Notes: a model not told the origin generated them from the letters alone. A stretch of 64,000 nucleotides of DNA from Candidatus Latescibacterota bacterium (GCA_965204745.1 OZ242010.1:224001-288000); one strand, 5' to 3'. Numbered from the stretch's first letter, positions 19,458 through 30,212 are shown. Numbers and translations are program-made.

Positions 19458-19486
19458 AAATTAAAAATTACGCTATTGTTTGTCAA
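19458..19486 (-). promoter_or_regulatory. sigma70-like promoter TTGACA-17-TAATTT
   Basis: Perfect -35, 17-nt spacer, conserved at 51935-51963. Confidence 0.65.
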
Positions 19487-19619
19487 GTGGTAAAATGACG
19501 ATGGGACCGGTGGCCAGTCAAGCGAGAAGGACAGGCACAGGGGCCTGTGCCTGCGACGGATGGCGACAGGGCGTGCGATTAGCCACAAAAGGCACAAAAA
19601 CACAAAAGGGCGATGGGTC

Positions 19620-20040
19620 TTCCGAGGGATTGTGCGAGGGGGGTTGGGGTTTCTATGGCGTGATCCATTCGCCCAAAGCCATCAAAACAGCCAGGGATAC
19701 AACCCTTTAAGAAAGCCATGCGCTCCCCCTTTCCTCGTAGGAAAGGGGGCCGGGGGGATAGGTCCTGCGAGGAAGGGGGAATGGCGAGAGGTTGTGCGAG
19801 GGATTGTGTGTAAGGGTTTTTGGATTTTCATGGCGTGATCCACTCGCTCAAAGCCATCAAAACAGCTAGGGATACAAACCTTTAAGAAAGCCATGCGCTC
19901 CCCCTTTCCGCGTAGGCACAGGCGTAGCCTACAATGAGCGAAGCGAATAACGGGGGCCGGGGGGATAGGTCTATGGCGGTAGGGTGGTGTGGGGTAATCC
20001 GCGCAATCCTCTAATCCGTTTAATCCGCGATTCAGACACG
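19620..20040. repeat. composite palindromic repeat block with internal ~115-bp tandem duplication
   Basis: ...GCCATCAAAACAGC..GGGATACA..CCTTTAAGAAAGCCATGCGCTCCCCCTTTCC twice, then TAATCCG motifs. Confidence 0.85.
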
Positions 20041-20470
20041 GGTGGCAGGGCGGCGAGGATGGCCACGCTCATCGCTCTAAAACAAAATGTCAACAGAACC
20101 TCGTTCATGTCTTTGGATGATGGGTTGCGGCTTGCTTCTTACTCGCTTTCTACTCTTAATTCGCATTGTCAGTTGTCAGTCCGCCCCGCCCAATCCCCGT
20201 CGTAGGGGCGATGCCCCCGTGCTCGCCCAAAGATACAAGACGGAGAGGGATTGGGCGGAAAGGGGGCCTGTCCCTACGATTCATTCCTCGCATTTTGGGG
20301 TAGTCGGGCGGCCCTCTTACCTCTCCCGTCTTACTTCTTACCCCCGGGCCGGGCGGCTGGGTGGGGACTGACCACTACCCCAAAAAAAATTTGACTTTTA
20401 GGCGGGAATTGTAATATATTGGCACGCAAACAAATCAACAGTCCCAACCTCACATCAGGAAATGGTACCT

Positions 20471-20800
20471 ATGGAGATCAAAACCGAACGACAAAACAGC
20501 ACTTTAATCGCAAAGGTGGAGGGCCGGGTTGACAGTGCCAATGCCCGCGAGTTCGAGAACGCCCTCAGCGCGACGATCACCGACGACGATACGTACGTGA
20601 TCGTGGATTTTGCGGGGCTTTCCTACATCAGCAGTTCGGGCCTTCGGGTCATTTTGCTGATCGCCAAAAACCTTCGGAGTCGCAACGCGAAATTCGCGCT
20701 CTGCTCGCTCTCTGGCCCAATTGGCGAGGTCTTCAAGATCAGCGGCTTTGACAAGATCATTTCGATCTACGGCTCGCAAGACGAGGCCCTCGCCGGGTAA
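20471..20800 (+). CDS. STAS anti-sigma-factor antagonist
   Basis: VDFAGLSYISSSGLRVIL. Confidence 0.9.
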   Translation: MEIKTERQNSTLIAKVEGRVDSANAREFENALSATITDDDTYVIVDFAGLSYISSSGLRVILLIAKNLRSRNAKFALCSLSGPIGEVFKISGFDKIISIYGSQDEALAG

Positions 20801-21148
20801 ATCCCGCTCGCCGGGCCAACAGCATCGCACACCTATCGCTGGCGAAAGTCGAGGTATGGATCTCGACCTTCGATGATCTGTTGGCCCAAGCGCAGACCGC
20901 CACCAACATCCCTTCAAAGAAGGCATTGGTAGAGCGGAAAAACGTGCGACTGCTTCTATACTTCGGTATGGATTGGGCGTTTGCCCAACAACGATCATTA
21001 TCCATCCCGAACAACTACCTTCCCGTCTCGCCCCGTGCTCCTCGCGTCGAAGCGAAGGGGCCGGGGCTTTCGTCCCTCAATACGCTCCGCTTCCAACCCT
21101 TCCCAAAATACCGTCCCCCTTTCATCCCACAAACCATTTGAGGAATCT

Positions 21149-22318
21149 ATGGCGCAAGCGCAATACAAAATCCTAGTGGTTGACGATGAACCCGACCTCG
21201 AACACTTGGTGCGGCAACGCATGCGCCGCTATGTGCGTGCCGGGCAGTACTTGTTCACCTTTGCCCACAATGGCATCGAAGCCCTCGAGAAACTCAATGA
21301 GGATTCCGACATCGACATGGTGCTCACAGACATCAACATGCCTCAGATGGACGGCCTCACCCTGCTCGAACAAATTCCAAAAGTCGATCCCAACATCCGC
21401 TCTGTCATCGTCTCGGCGTATGGCGACATGAAAAACATCCGCACGGCCATGAACCGGGGCGCGTTTGACTTTGTCACCAAACCCATCGACTTCAAGGATC
21501 TACAGATCACTATCGACCGCACCTTGCGCCACATGACCTTGTGGCGCGAGGCCCTGGCTTCGAGGGACAAACTGGTGGCATTGCAGAACGAGTTGCACGT
21601 CGCCAGCGAAATGCAGCAGTCGATTTTGCCGACCGAATTCCCGGATCGACCGAACTGTCAGTTGTTTGGCAACATGGCGCCTGCGCGCGAAGTGGGCGGC
21701 GACTTTTTCGATATCGTCAACTTAGAACAAGGGCGCATCGGCTTGGCTATCGCCGATGTCTCTGACAAAGGCGTACCGGCCGCTTTGTTCATGATGTCTA
21801 GCCGCACCCTGTTGAAGGGCACCGCCATTGGCAGCCCAAACCCGGGCGAGGTGTTGCAAGAAGTCAACGAACTACTCGAGCAAGACAACGAAGCGGCGAT
21901 GTTCGTCACCATGTTTTACGCGGTATTCAATCCGGAAAATGGGCGACTCATTTACGCCAATGGGGGGCATAACCCCCCGATCATCGTCCACCCAGATGGC
22001 AGTTCGACCGTGCTTCCGCAGACCGATGGGATCGCCTTGGGCATTATGCCAGACATCGACTTCACGCAGAACGAGATCACCCTGTCGCCCGGGGATATTC
22101 TCGTGTTTTACACGGATGGCGTTACCGAAGCCATGAACAGCCGCGGCGAGGAATTCGAAATGGATCGCCTGCGCGCCGTTTTTGCCGGCGCGCAATGGGA
22201 CGATGCCCGCCGCGCAAATCAAGCGGTTTTCGATGCCGTGCATGCGTTTGCGGGCGAAACGCCGCAGTTTGACGACATCACCTGCCTGACGCTTCTGTAC
22301 CGCGGGAGAGAGCCATGA
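21149..22318 (+). CDS. REC + PP2C (SpoIIE/RsbU-like) phosphatase
   Basis: ILVVDDE, TDINMP, VGGDFFD, ADVSDKG, YTDGVTEA, DDIT. Confidence 0.9.
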   Translation: MAQAQYKILVVDDEPDLEHLVRQRMRRYVRAGQYLFTFAHNGIEALEKLNEDSDIDMVLTDINMPQMDGLTLLEQIPKVDPNIRSVIVSAYGDMKNIRTAMNRGAFDFVTKPIDFKDLQITIDRTLRHMTLWREALASRDKLVALQNELHVASEMQQSILPTEFPDRPNCQLFGNMAPAREVGGDFFDIVNLEQGRIGLAIADVSDKGVPAALFMMSSRTLLKGTAIGSPNPGEVLQEVNELLEQDNEAAMFVTMFYAVFNPENGRLIYANGGHNPPIIVHPDGSSTVLPQTDGIALGIMPDIDFTQNEITLSPGDILVFYTDGVTEAMNSRGEEFEMDRLRAVFAGAQWDDARRANQAVFDAVHAFAGETPQFDDITCLTLLYRGREP

Positions 22319-22737
22319 GCGCGAAACGATTGTTGCGCTTTGCAACGCACCTCGACGAGTTGGCGCGCCTCAGCACAGCCATAGAGGAAATCGGGGAGGC
22401 GGAAGATTGGCCGCTCGACCTCGTCTTTCAAATCAATCTCGTTCTCGAGGAATTGGTCGTCAATATCGTCAACCACGGGCACGGCGGCGATCCCAACCAC
22501 GAGATCGAGATCGCATTCACCTCAGAGGCAGACGCCCTGACCATCGAATTGATAGACGACGGGCGCGCCTTCAATCCCTTGGACGACGCCCCGGAACCCG
22601 ATCTGGACTCGGAAGTCGAGGATCGGCCCATCGGCGGGCTCGGCGTCCATCTGGTGCGTACGGTCATCGACGCGATGATCTACAAGCGCGAGAACGGCAA
22701 GAACCACCTGACCATGATCAAGCGGAGGGATGGATGA
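22315..22737 (+). CDS. anti-sigma Ser/Thr kinase (RsbW-like)
   Basis: EELVVNIVNH, DDGRAFNP, GGLGVHLV. Confidence 0.9.
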   Translation: MSAKRLLRFATHLDELARLSTAIEEIGEAEDWPLDLVFQINLVLEELVVNIVNHGHGGDPNHEIEIAFTSEADALTIELIDDGRAFNPLDDAPEPDLDSEVEDRPIGGLGVHLVRTVIDAMIYKRENGKNHLTMIKRRDG

Positions 22738-23900
22738 GACGCTCCCTGTGCGCCATCGTGTTGGTCGCCATGGCGATAGCGGACCTCCGCGCAGAAGAAT
22801 CCGGCATTTCCGACCAGCGCATCCTGTTCGGGCAGTCCGCCGCCTTTAGTGGCCCGGTCAGCGAACTGGGCAAAAACATGCGGATCGGCATCAAAGCGGC
22901 TTTTCAAGAGGTCAACGATCGAGGCGGCGTCCACGGCCGCCGCCTGGAGTTGCTGTCTCTCGACGACGCGTATGAACCCGAAGTCGCCATTGCCAACACC
23001 GCCGAGTTGATCGACCGAGAAGGGGTTTTCGCGCTCATCGGCGCGGTTGGCACGCCCACCTCGCTCTCTGCTGCTCCCGTAGCCGCTGCCGCGCGCGTTC
23101 CCTATATCGCGCCTTTTACCGGCGCGGCTTTTTTGCGTGAACCCAAGTGGCAAAACGTGATCAACCTGCGCGCTTCCTACGACCAAGAGACCGAGGCGAT
23201 GGTCGCGCGCTTGACCGCGGACTTGGGCATCTCGCGCATCGCGGTGATGTACCAAGACGATTCCTTTGGTCGGGCCGGCTATCGGGGCGTGTTGCAAGCA
23301 CTCGAGCAGCGCGCCATGGCCCCTGTGGCCGTGGGGGTGTACCCGCGCAATACCACGGCTGTGAAAACCGGGTTGCTCGACATACGCAATGCGAATCCCG
23401 GCGCCGTGATCCTCATCGGCGCGTACCAGCCCGTGGCAACGCTGATCCTTTGGGCGCGGCACACGGGCCTCAATCCCGTGTTTATGACCCTCTCCTTTGT
23501 GGGGAGCAACGCGCTGAGCAACGCACTCGGGCGCGCGGGCGCGGGCGTTTTCGTCACCCAAGTCGTGCCCTTTCCAATGGGCAACGCACCCCGCGTCGTC
23601 GCGGCCTATCGCAGCGCATTGGCGGCCCACATGCCCAAAGCAATGCCCGGGTTCGTTTCCCTCGAAGGCTATCTGGCCGGGCGCTTGGCAATTGACGCCC
23701 TCCAACGTTGCGGCAGAGAGGTCACGCGCGCTCGGTTTCTCGACAGCTTGCGCGAGGCAGATGCCATCGATCTCGACGGCTTTCAACTGCGCTATGGCGA
23801 GCGCGACAATCAGGGTTCAGACGCCATCTTTCTCACCGTGATCGGCAACGATGGGCACTATCGCGCCATCGACACACTTCGGGATGTCATGCAGCCATGA
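22734..23900 (+). CDS. type I periplasmic ligand-binding protein (LivJ-like)
   Basis: GQSAAFSGP, LDDAYEP, GAVGTPT, NLRASY; signal peptide. Confidence 0.85.
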   Translation: MRRSLCAIVLVAMAIADLRAEESGISDQRILFGQSAAFSGPVSELGKNMRIGIKAAFQEVNDRGGVHGRRLELLSLDDAYEPEVAIANTAELIDREGVFALIGAVGTPTSLSAAPVAAAARVPYIAPFTGAAFLREPKWQNVINLRASYDQETEAMVARLTADLGISRIAVMYQDDSFGRAGYRGVLQALEQRAMAPVAVGVYPRNTTAVKTGLLDIRNANPGAVILIGAYQPVATLILWARHTGLNPVFMTLSFVGSNALSNALGRAGAGVFVTQVVPFPMGNAPRVVAAYRSALAAHMPKAMPGFVSLEGYLAGRLAIDALQRCGREVTRARFLDSLREADAIDLDGFQLRYGERDNQGSDAIFLTVIGNDGHYRAIDTLRDVMQP

Positions 23901-26029
23901 CCGATTTCTTAAAACGCCTCCTCGAAAGTCGCTTCCGAATCTCCTCGCAGCTCTATATGAGCATCGGCGGCGCAGTCATGCTCACGATGGGCGCGAGTTT
24001 GGTCGGTTGGTTTTCCTTCGACCGAGTGGGCGACGCCCAAAGCCGCGTGAACGAGGGCAGCGTGCCCGGGATGGCGGCCGCTTTCGGGGTCGCACAACAA
24101 AGCGGTGCATTGGTGGCCGCCGCGCCGCGCGTGGCCTCTGCTGTCTCGCCCGAAGCCTTTGCCCTCGTAACCGCTGAAATCGCCAAAGAGCGCGACACTT
24201 TTGAAGCGCAATTGGCCGCCCTGGCACAGCAAAGCGGCGACGAGGAACGCTTCAGTCGCATTCGCGCCCATGCCAACACCTTGATCTCCAATATCGCGGC
24301 CATCGAACAATCGGTGGCCGAGCGTTTTGTGCTGATCGAGCGCAGCGAAGCCCTGCGCGCAGAACTCGCCGAAGTCCGCGATGTGTTGGTCGGCGCGTTG
24401 GTGCCGGTCATCGACGATCAGTTGTTCTACGCCATGACGGGCTACCGCAGCTTGGGCGAAGTGCCCGCGCCGCGCGAGAAACACTTCTCGGAAGCGGAGT
24501 TTGACCGCTATCGCCATTTGTCCGAGTTGCAATCCGATGTGACTATCGCCATCCAACTTCTCGCAAGCGCGTTCAACCTGTCGGACGCGCCCCTCATCTC
24601 GCCCCTGCGCGAGCGATTCGAAGCGGCCAAGGGCAGAATTGAGCGGAGCTTGTCCGCACTCGAAACCGTTCCCTCGCGCGATCAAGTCGCCCAAATTTGC
24701 GCGCAGTTGTTCAAATTGGGCCTAGGCGAGCAAAGTGGCTTTGACCTGCGTGCCCGAGAACTCGAGTTGGTCGCGCACCAGCGGGAGTTGCTCGCCATGA
24801 ACAACCGCCTCGCCATCGACCTGATCGCAGATATCGAGGGGCTCGTGAGCGAGGCCCGCGTGAGCGTGCAGGAAGCCACGCAGGCTTCTACGCAAACCAT
24901 CAGCACGGGCCGCCGTTTTCTCCTCGCTTTGAATATCATCAGCATCGCTGGAGCCGTGCTGATCGCCTATTTGTTTGTGGGCAGGGTGTTGTTGCGCCGC
25001 CTCGAACGGCTCTCGGATCGCATGCGCGGCATGGCCGATGGCGATTTGGAGGCCAAAGTCGATATCGACGGCCGGGACGAGGTGGCAGATATGGCCGCGG
25101 CCCTCGAGGTTTTCCGCCGTCACGCCCTCGAGGTGCAACGCTTAAATCTGGTGGAAAAGTTGGCCGAAGAGTTGCAAGACAAGAACGCAGAACTCGAAAA
25201 TGTGCTGGCTGACTTGCAGCGCGCACAGGATCAGATCGTCATGCGCGAAAAATTGGCTGCGCTGGGCGAACTCACCGCGGGCGTGGCCCACGAGATCAAA
25301 AACCCGCTGAATTTTGTGAAAAACTTCGCGGAGGTGTCCGCGGAGCTCATCGAGGAATTGGGCGAGATTCTCGAAGAGACCGGCGAGGCCATCAGCGAAG
25401 ATCAGCGCGGTTGGATCGACGAAATCTGCCAAGACCTCACGGACAACCTCGGGCGCATCCGAGAACACGGCACCCGCGCGGACCGCATCGTTCACGACAT
25501 GCTCATGATGGGGCGTGGCGCGGGCGAATCACAGCTCACCAACATCAACAACCTGCTCGACGAACACGCCCGCCTCGCCTATCACAGCGCGCGCGCGGCG
25601 GATCCGAATTTCAATTTGACTATCGAGTCGAATCTCGATCCAAACGCGGGAGAGATCGATATCGTCCCGCAAGACATGGGCCGCGTCTTCCTCAACATGG
25701 TGAGCAATGCCTGCTATGCCACCGACGAGAAGCGGCGCGAATCGACCGCCTCGGGCAAGGCAGGCTACATGCCGATCCTGTCGCTTTCCACGCGGCGCGA
25801 AGATGATCGTCTCGAGGTCAGCATCAAAGACAATGGCAACGGGATTCCACCCGAGGTCGTGGATAAAATTTTCAACCCATTTTTCACCACCAAACCCACG
25901 GATCAAGGCACTGGGCTCGGCCTTGCCCTGTCCAACGACATCGTGCGCGAACACGGCGGAACCATCCACGTCACATCCGAACCCGGCGAATACACCGAGA
26001 TGACGGTTGAGTTGCCATTGAACAAATAA
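23897..26029 (+). CDS. sensor histidine kinase with TorS-like helical periplasmic domain and HAMP
   Basis: Two TMs, GRDEVADMA, AHEIKNPLNF, FFTTKP, GTGLGL. Confidence 0.85.
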   Translation: MTDFLKRLLESRFRISSQLYMSIGGAVMLTMGASLVGWFSFDRVGDAQSRVNEGSVPGMAAAFGVAQQSGALVAAAPRVASAVSPEAFALVTAEIAKERDTFEAQLAALAQQSGDEERFSRIRAHANTLISNIAAIEQSVAERFVLIERSEALRAELAEVRDVLVGALVPVIDDQLFYAMTGYRSLGEVPAPREKHFSEAEFDRYRHLSELQSDVTIAIQLLASAFNLSDAPLISPLRERFEAAKGRIERSLSALETVPSRDQVAQICAQLFKLGLGEQSGFDLRARELELVAHQRELLAMNNRLAIDLIADIEGLVSEARVSVQEATQASTQTISTGRRFLLALNIISIAGAVLIAYLFVGRVLLRRLERLSDRMRGMADGDLEAKVDIDGRDEVADMAAALEVFRRHALEVQRLNLVEKLAEELQDKNAELENVLADLQRAQDQIVMREKLAALGELTAGVAHEIKNPLNFVKNFAEVSAELIEELGEILEETGEAISEDQRGWIDEICQDLTDNLGRIREHGTRADRIVHDMLMMGRGAGESQLTNINNLLDEHARLAYHSARAADPNFNLTIESNLDPNAGEIDIVPQDMGRVFLNMVSNACYATDEKRRESTASGKAGYMPILSLSTRREDDRLEVSIKDNGNGIPPEVVDKIFNPFFTTKPTDQGTGLGLALSNDIVREHGGTIHVTSEPGEYTEMTVELPLNK

Positions 26030-26082
26030 ACGAGGTTAGCCACAAAAGGCACAAAAGCGACAGTCCGTTCAGGAGAGAACAA

Positions 26083-28308
26083 ATGACACAACAATCGGAT
26101 ATCATCCAAGAGATACTCAAAGACAGCGATTATCATCTCGACTTGTTCAGAGAACGGGAAATCGCCACCCTGCGGGAAAAGGTCTTTGTCAAAACGAGCA
26201 GAGGCAGAGAAGTCCCGCATGTGAAGTGCATTGTGCGGGACAAGGATATTCAACTCAAGCCCGAAGAAATCGTCCGCCAACTCTACGCGGCGCGGCTTAT
26301 TGAGCAGTACGGCTATCCCAAAAACCGGTTGGGCTTTGAATACTCGGTCAACTTTGGCAGAGAAAAGAAAAAGGCCGATATCGTCATTTTTGACAAAGAC
26401 CGTTTTGATGCGACCTATATCATCGTGGAGGTCAAAAAGCCCAAGCTCAAAGATGGCAAGGCACAACTCAAGTCCTATTGCAACGCCACGGGCGCGCCGA
26501 TAGGCGTGTGGACAAATGGCGAGCAAATTTCCCATTACCACCGCAAAGACCCCAATTATTTTGAGAACATCACCGACATTCCAAACCGGGATCAAAGCCT
26601 TGAAGATGTCCTCAACCAACGCTTTACCCTGAAAAACCTGATCCTCAAGGATAAGGTCGTCAATAATCAAAAACCTCTGAAAGACATCATTTTGGAAATG
26701 GAAGACGAAGTGCTGGCAAATGCCGGGGTGGATGTATTCGAGGAGGTTTTCAAACTCATATTCACCAAGCTATACGACGAATTTTGCAGTCAGCAGGACA
26801 AAATAGCCATCAATTCTATCGTGCGACAAAAGACAAAAACGGCTGTCAGTGAGCCAAGGTCGGACTATTCCAATGGACAGGATTACGAAGCGATCAAAAA
26901 AGAGGTCAAAAAAATTGACGACGAGGACTTTCGCCCCATGTCGTTTAGGAATACCGGGCAGACCGATGCGGAACTGAAAGCCAAAATCCAAGCCCTGTTC
27001 GATCAGGCCAAAAGCGAGTGGCCCGGGGTTTTTGGGAAAGACGCGACTTTTGAACTCTCCGACAGCCACTTGTCCATTTGCGTGTCCAGCTTGCAGGACG
27101 TGAAGTTGTTCAACTCCAATCTGCTGGTGGTGGATGAAGCCTTTGAGTATCTCGTCAGCAAATCCGCCAAAGGCGAAAAGGGGCAGTATTTCACGCCGCG
27201 CCATGTCATTGATATGTGCGTGCAGATGCTGAATCCCCAACCCGGCGAATACATGATCGACACCGCGTCCGGCAGTTGCGGTTTTCCAGTGCATACCATT
27301 TTCAAACTCACGGGCCATCTGTTCAGCAACGCGGAGATTAAGCCAGAGGAAAAGGCGCATGTCCTGAAAGTGTTCGGCATTGACTTTGATGAAAAAACCG
27401 TTCGCGTCGCCCGCACCTTGAACCTGATCGCCGGCGATGGCGAGACCAATGTGCTGCATTTGAACACGCTGGATTTTGAACGCTGGAGCGACAGAACAGA
27501 AAAAGACAAGCAGTGGATCAGAACTTATGGCGCTGGCTTTGAACGGCTGGAAGAACGGAGAGCCGAAAGAGGTCAGAACAAGCGGTTTAACTTCGATATT
27601 CTGATGGCAAATCCGCCCTTTGCCGGCGACATCAAGGATGGACGTATGTTGCATCAATACGAACTCGGGTTTAAGGCAAACGGCAAGGCGCAAAGCAAAG
27701 TCGGGCGCGACATTCTGTTTATCGAGCGCAATCTGGACTTTCTAAAGCCCGGCGGGCGCATGGCGATAGTGTTGCCGCAAGGCAGATTTAATAACACAAC
27801 CGACGAATACATCAGGGAATTTATCGCCGAGCGCGGGCGCATCCTCGCCGTGGTTGGGCTACACGGCAACACGTTCAAACCGCACACGGGCACCAAAACC
27901 AGCGTGTTGTTCGTGCAGAAATGGGACGATGAACTTTGCCCCCAAGTGGATGACTACCCCATCTTTTTTGCCGTGAGCGAACAGGGAGGGAAAGACAACT
28001 CCGGCGATTATATCCATCTCAAAAACGAGAAAGGGCGGGGCAAGCTGGACAAAAACGGCCATCTGATTGTGGAACATGATTTGCACAACCACGCTGGCGA
28101 ACTGCCCGACGGCATCGCCGAAGCCTTTATCGAATGGGCAAAGGATGAGGGATTGAGTTTTTGGAGAGGTGCAGAAGATGAGCAGAGAACTGATCGCCGC
28201 AACGCATGGCGGGACTTTGTTCGCAACAATCGCAAGCGGGAATTACATGTCGATCCAGATGCCGATATTACTCGTCTGTGCGATGAAGTGAACGTAGCAA
28301 CATCGTAA
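26083..28308 (+). CDS. fused HsdR_N-type nuclease / N6-adenine methyltransferase of an RM system
   Basis: ADIVIF..IVEVK nuclease motif, GQYFTPR, DTASGSCGF, NPPF. Confidence 0.9.
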   Translation: MTQQSDIIQEILKDSDYHLDLFREREIATLREKVFVKTSRGREVPHVKCIVRDKDIQLKPEEIVRQLYAARLIEQYGYPKNRLGFEYSVNFGREKKKADIVIFDKDRFDATYIIVEVKKPKLKDGKAQLKSYCNATGAPIGVWTNGEQISHYHRKDPNYFENITDIPNRDQSLEDVLNQRFTLKNLILKDKVVNNQKPLKDIILEMEDEVLANAGVDVFEEVFKLIFTKLYDEFCSQQDKIAINSIVRQKTKTAVSEPRSDYSNGQDYEAIKKEVKKIDDEDFRPMSFRNTGQTDAELKAKIQALFDQAKSEWPGVFGKDATFELSDSHLSICVSSLQDVKLFNSNLLVVDEAFEYLVSKSAKGEKGQYFTPRHVIDMCVQMLNPQPGEYMIDTASGSCGFPVHTIFKLTGHLFSNAEIKPEEKAHVLKVFGIDFDEKTVRVARTLNLIAGDGETNVLHLNTLDFERWSDRTEKDKQWIRTYGAGFERLEERRAERGQNKRFNFDILMANPPFAGDIKDGRMLHQYELGFKANGKAQSKVGRDILFIERNLDFLKPGGRMAIVLPQGRFNNTTDEYIREFIAERGRILAVVGLHGNTFKPHTGTKTSVLFVQKWDDELCPQVDDYPIFFAVSEQGGKDNSGDYIHLKNEKGRGKLDKNGHLIVEHDLHNHAGELPDGIAEAFIEWAKDEGLSFWRGAEDEQRTDRRNAWRDFVRNNRKRELHVDPDADITRLCDEVNVATS

Positions 28309-28427
28309 GGACAACCCCCTGTGCCTGTCCGATAGGAATCGGATGCACACAACCCGCGCAATTTTGACCGACTAGCAAGGCCAAATCTTCATAATTTAAG
28401 CACCGTCGTTTGAAAGATGGGGGAAGG

Positions 28428-29906
28428 ATGCGGTATTCAGTCGTCAACCTACAAGACATTTCTTTAGAATCGACCATATTTCGGTTGGACTCAGAATTTT
28501 TTCATCCAGAGATATTGAGCACAAAAAAATGGATACGCTCAAAGGCGCATTCTACTTTAAGAAAAATTGGGTCAACCATAATTCATCCATCAGAAGTTAA
28601 AAGAAAATACGAAGAAACGGGCATTCAGATTTTACTGGCCCAAAACATCAGAGATAATTTTCTGGATTTCTCTATCAGGGTCTTCATGGCTAAAAAATTA
28701 GAGAACCTGCTAAAAAAAAACAGACTCGAATATGGAGACATAGCACTCACGAGGTCAGGGGCAAATTATGGACAATGCGCGCCATATCTCGGGTTGCCAT
28801 CGAAAATATTTGCCTGTGCTGACGATTTGGTGATAAAAAATATAAAAATTCCCGGCACGTATTTATCCACTTACCTGAATACATCCTTTGGCAAAAATCT
28901 AATTGAAAGTTGTAAATACGGTGGTTCACAACCCCATATAGCACCGCAAACGCTCTACGATATTCCTATTTACACACCATCGGATAAACTGATTCGCAAA
29001 ATTGATAGGCAAATAAAAAACGCATTTGAGTTGACAAAAAAATCAGAGGCCACATATCGCCAAGCCCAAACCCTCCTCCTCTCTGAACTCGGCCTTGCCA
29101 ACTGGAAGCCCAAGCATCAACTGACCTTTGTCAGAAACTACTCCGATACCCAGCGAGCGGGGCGCATGGACGCCGATTACTTTCAACCCAAATACGAAGA
29201 AATCATCAATGCCATCCTAAGCTACTCCGGTGGATGGGATACGCTGGGGAATTTGGCTTACTTAAAAAACGAGAATTTCAAACCAAAAAGTAAAACAGAG
29301 TACAGATACATTGAACTTGCCAATATCGCAGGCAACGGAGAAATAACCGACTGCATGACAACACGAGGCCGAGATTTGCCAAGCAGAGCAAGACGCAAGG
29401 TGTCAGCGGGAGATGTGATTGTTTCATCTATCGAAGGTTCATTGGATAGCAGTGCCTTAATCAAAAAAGAATATGACGAAGCCCTTTGTTCTACGGGTTT
29501 CCATGTGATCAACTCAGGGGTGTTTAATTCCGAAACGCTGCTTGTGCTGATGAAAAGCATAGTTGGGCAGTTGCAACTCAAGAAGGGGTGTAGTGGTACC
29601 ATTCTAACCGCCATCAACAAGGACGAATTTACTCAGATCGTTTTACCGATAATTGCACAAGAAAAACAGACGCGAATCTCGGAAAAAGTGACCGAGTCCT
29701 TCAACTCGCGAAAGCAATCCAAGCACCTGCTTGAATGCGCCAAGCGAGCGGTGGAACTGGCGATAGAGCAGGACGAACAAACCGCGATTGACTGGTTGGA
29801 AAATGAAAGGAATTGTTATGTTCCGCAAAACCATTGCCGAACCCAAATGCACGCCCAAGGCACAGGTGCTTGCCAGAGCACAAAAGAAAATTTGGGCGAT
29901 CAATGA
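28428..29906 (+). CDS. restriction-modification specificity subunit (HsdS-like)
   Basis: RLDSEFF and RMDADYF repeats, two TRDs, PSRARR, STGF. Confidence 0.85.
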   Translation: MRYSVVNLQDISLESTIFRLDSEFFHPEILSTKKWIRSKAHSTLRKIGSTIIHPSEVKRKYEETGIQILLAQNIRDNFLDFSIRVFMAKKLENLLKKNRLEYGDIALTRSGANYGQCAPYLGLPSKIFACADDLVIKNIKIPGTYLSTYLNTSFGKNLIESCKYGGSQPHIAPQTLYDIPIYTPSDKLIRKIDRQIKNAFELTKKSEATYRQAQTLLLSELGLANWKPKHQLTFVRNYSDTQRAGRMDADYFQPKYEEIINAILSYSGGWDTLGNLAYLKNENFKPKSKTEYRYIELANIAGNGEITDCMTTRGRDLPSRARRKVSAGDVIVSSIEGSLDSSALIKKEYDEALCSTGFHVINSGVFNSETLLVLMKSIVGQLQLKKGCSGTILTAINKDEFTQIVLPIIAQEKQTRISEKVTESFNSRKQSKHLLECAKRAVELAIEQDEQTAIDWLENERNCYVPQNHCRTQMHAQGTGACQSTKENLGDQ

Positions 29907-30105
29907 AGATGTGCTCAACGCCGAGGGACTGACCGAAGATGAGGCTGACGTTGCAATTGAGGCAGGGCTAATCGACCCAGATCAAAAGTACTGGTGGCTC
30001 GAGGACTGGCAGAAGCGTCACCGCAAAGCTGAAGCGGATATTCGAGAAGGACGCATCCGTGCGTTTAATAGTCCCAAAGCATTCCTCGATGCCCTACCCT
30101 CATGA
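29818..30105 (+). CDS. putative antitoxin
   Basis: C-terminal IDPDQKYWWLEDWQ...AEADIREGR motif; ATGA overlap with toxin stub. Confidence 0.65.
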   Translation: MFRKTIAEPKCTPKAQVLARAQKKIWAINEDVLNAEGLTEDEADVAIEAGLIDPDQKYWWLEDWQKRHRKAEADIREGRIRAFNSPKAFLDALPS

Positions 30106-30200
30106 GATATATCCAGACCGACCAATTCAGGGAAGCATTTGCAAAGCTCCCGCAAAGCATCCAACGGCGAGCAAAAAAACAGAGAGAATCGGGAACTTGA
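30102..30200 (+). pseudogene. 5' stub of RelE/ParE-like toxin
   Basis: MRYIQTDQFREAFAKLPQSIQRRAKKQ; remainder found at 34005-34247. Confidence 0.75.
30117..30181 (+). repeat. 65-bp direct repeat R1 (copy at 34005-34069)
   Basis: 62/65 identical by manual alignment. Confidence 0.95.
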
Positions 30201-30212
30201 CAGGAGGAAGAG

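Noticed and set aside
20843-20872. Hairpin in the STAS-PP2C intergenic region as riboswitch/ncRNA
   Set aside because: Single short stem, no recognisable family features
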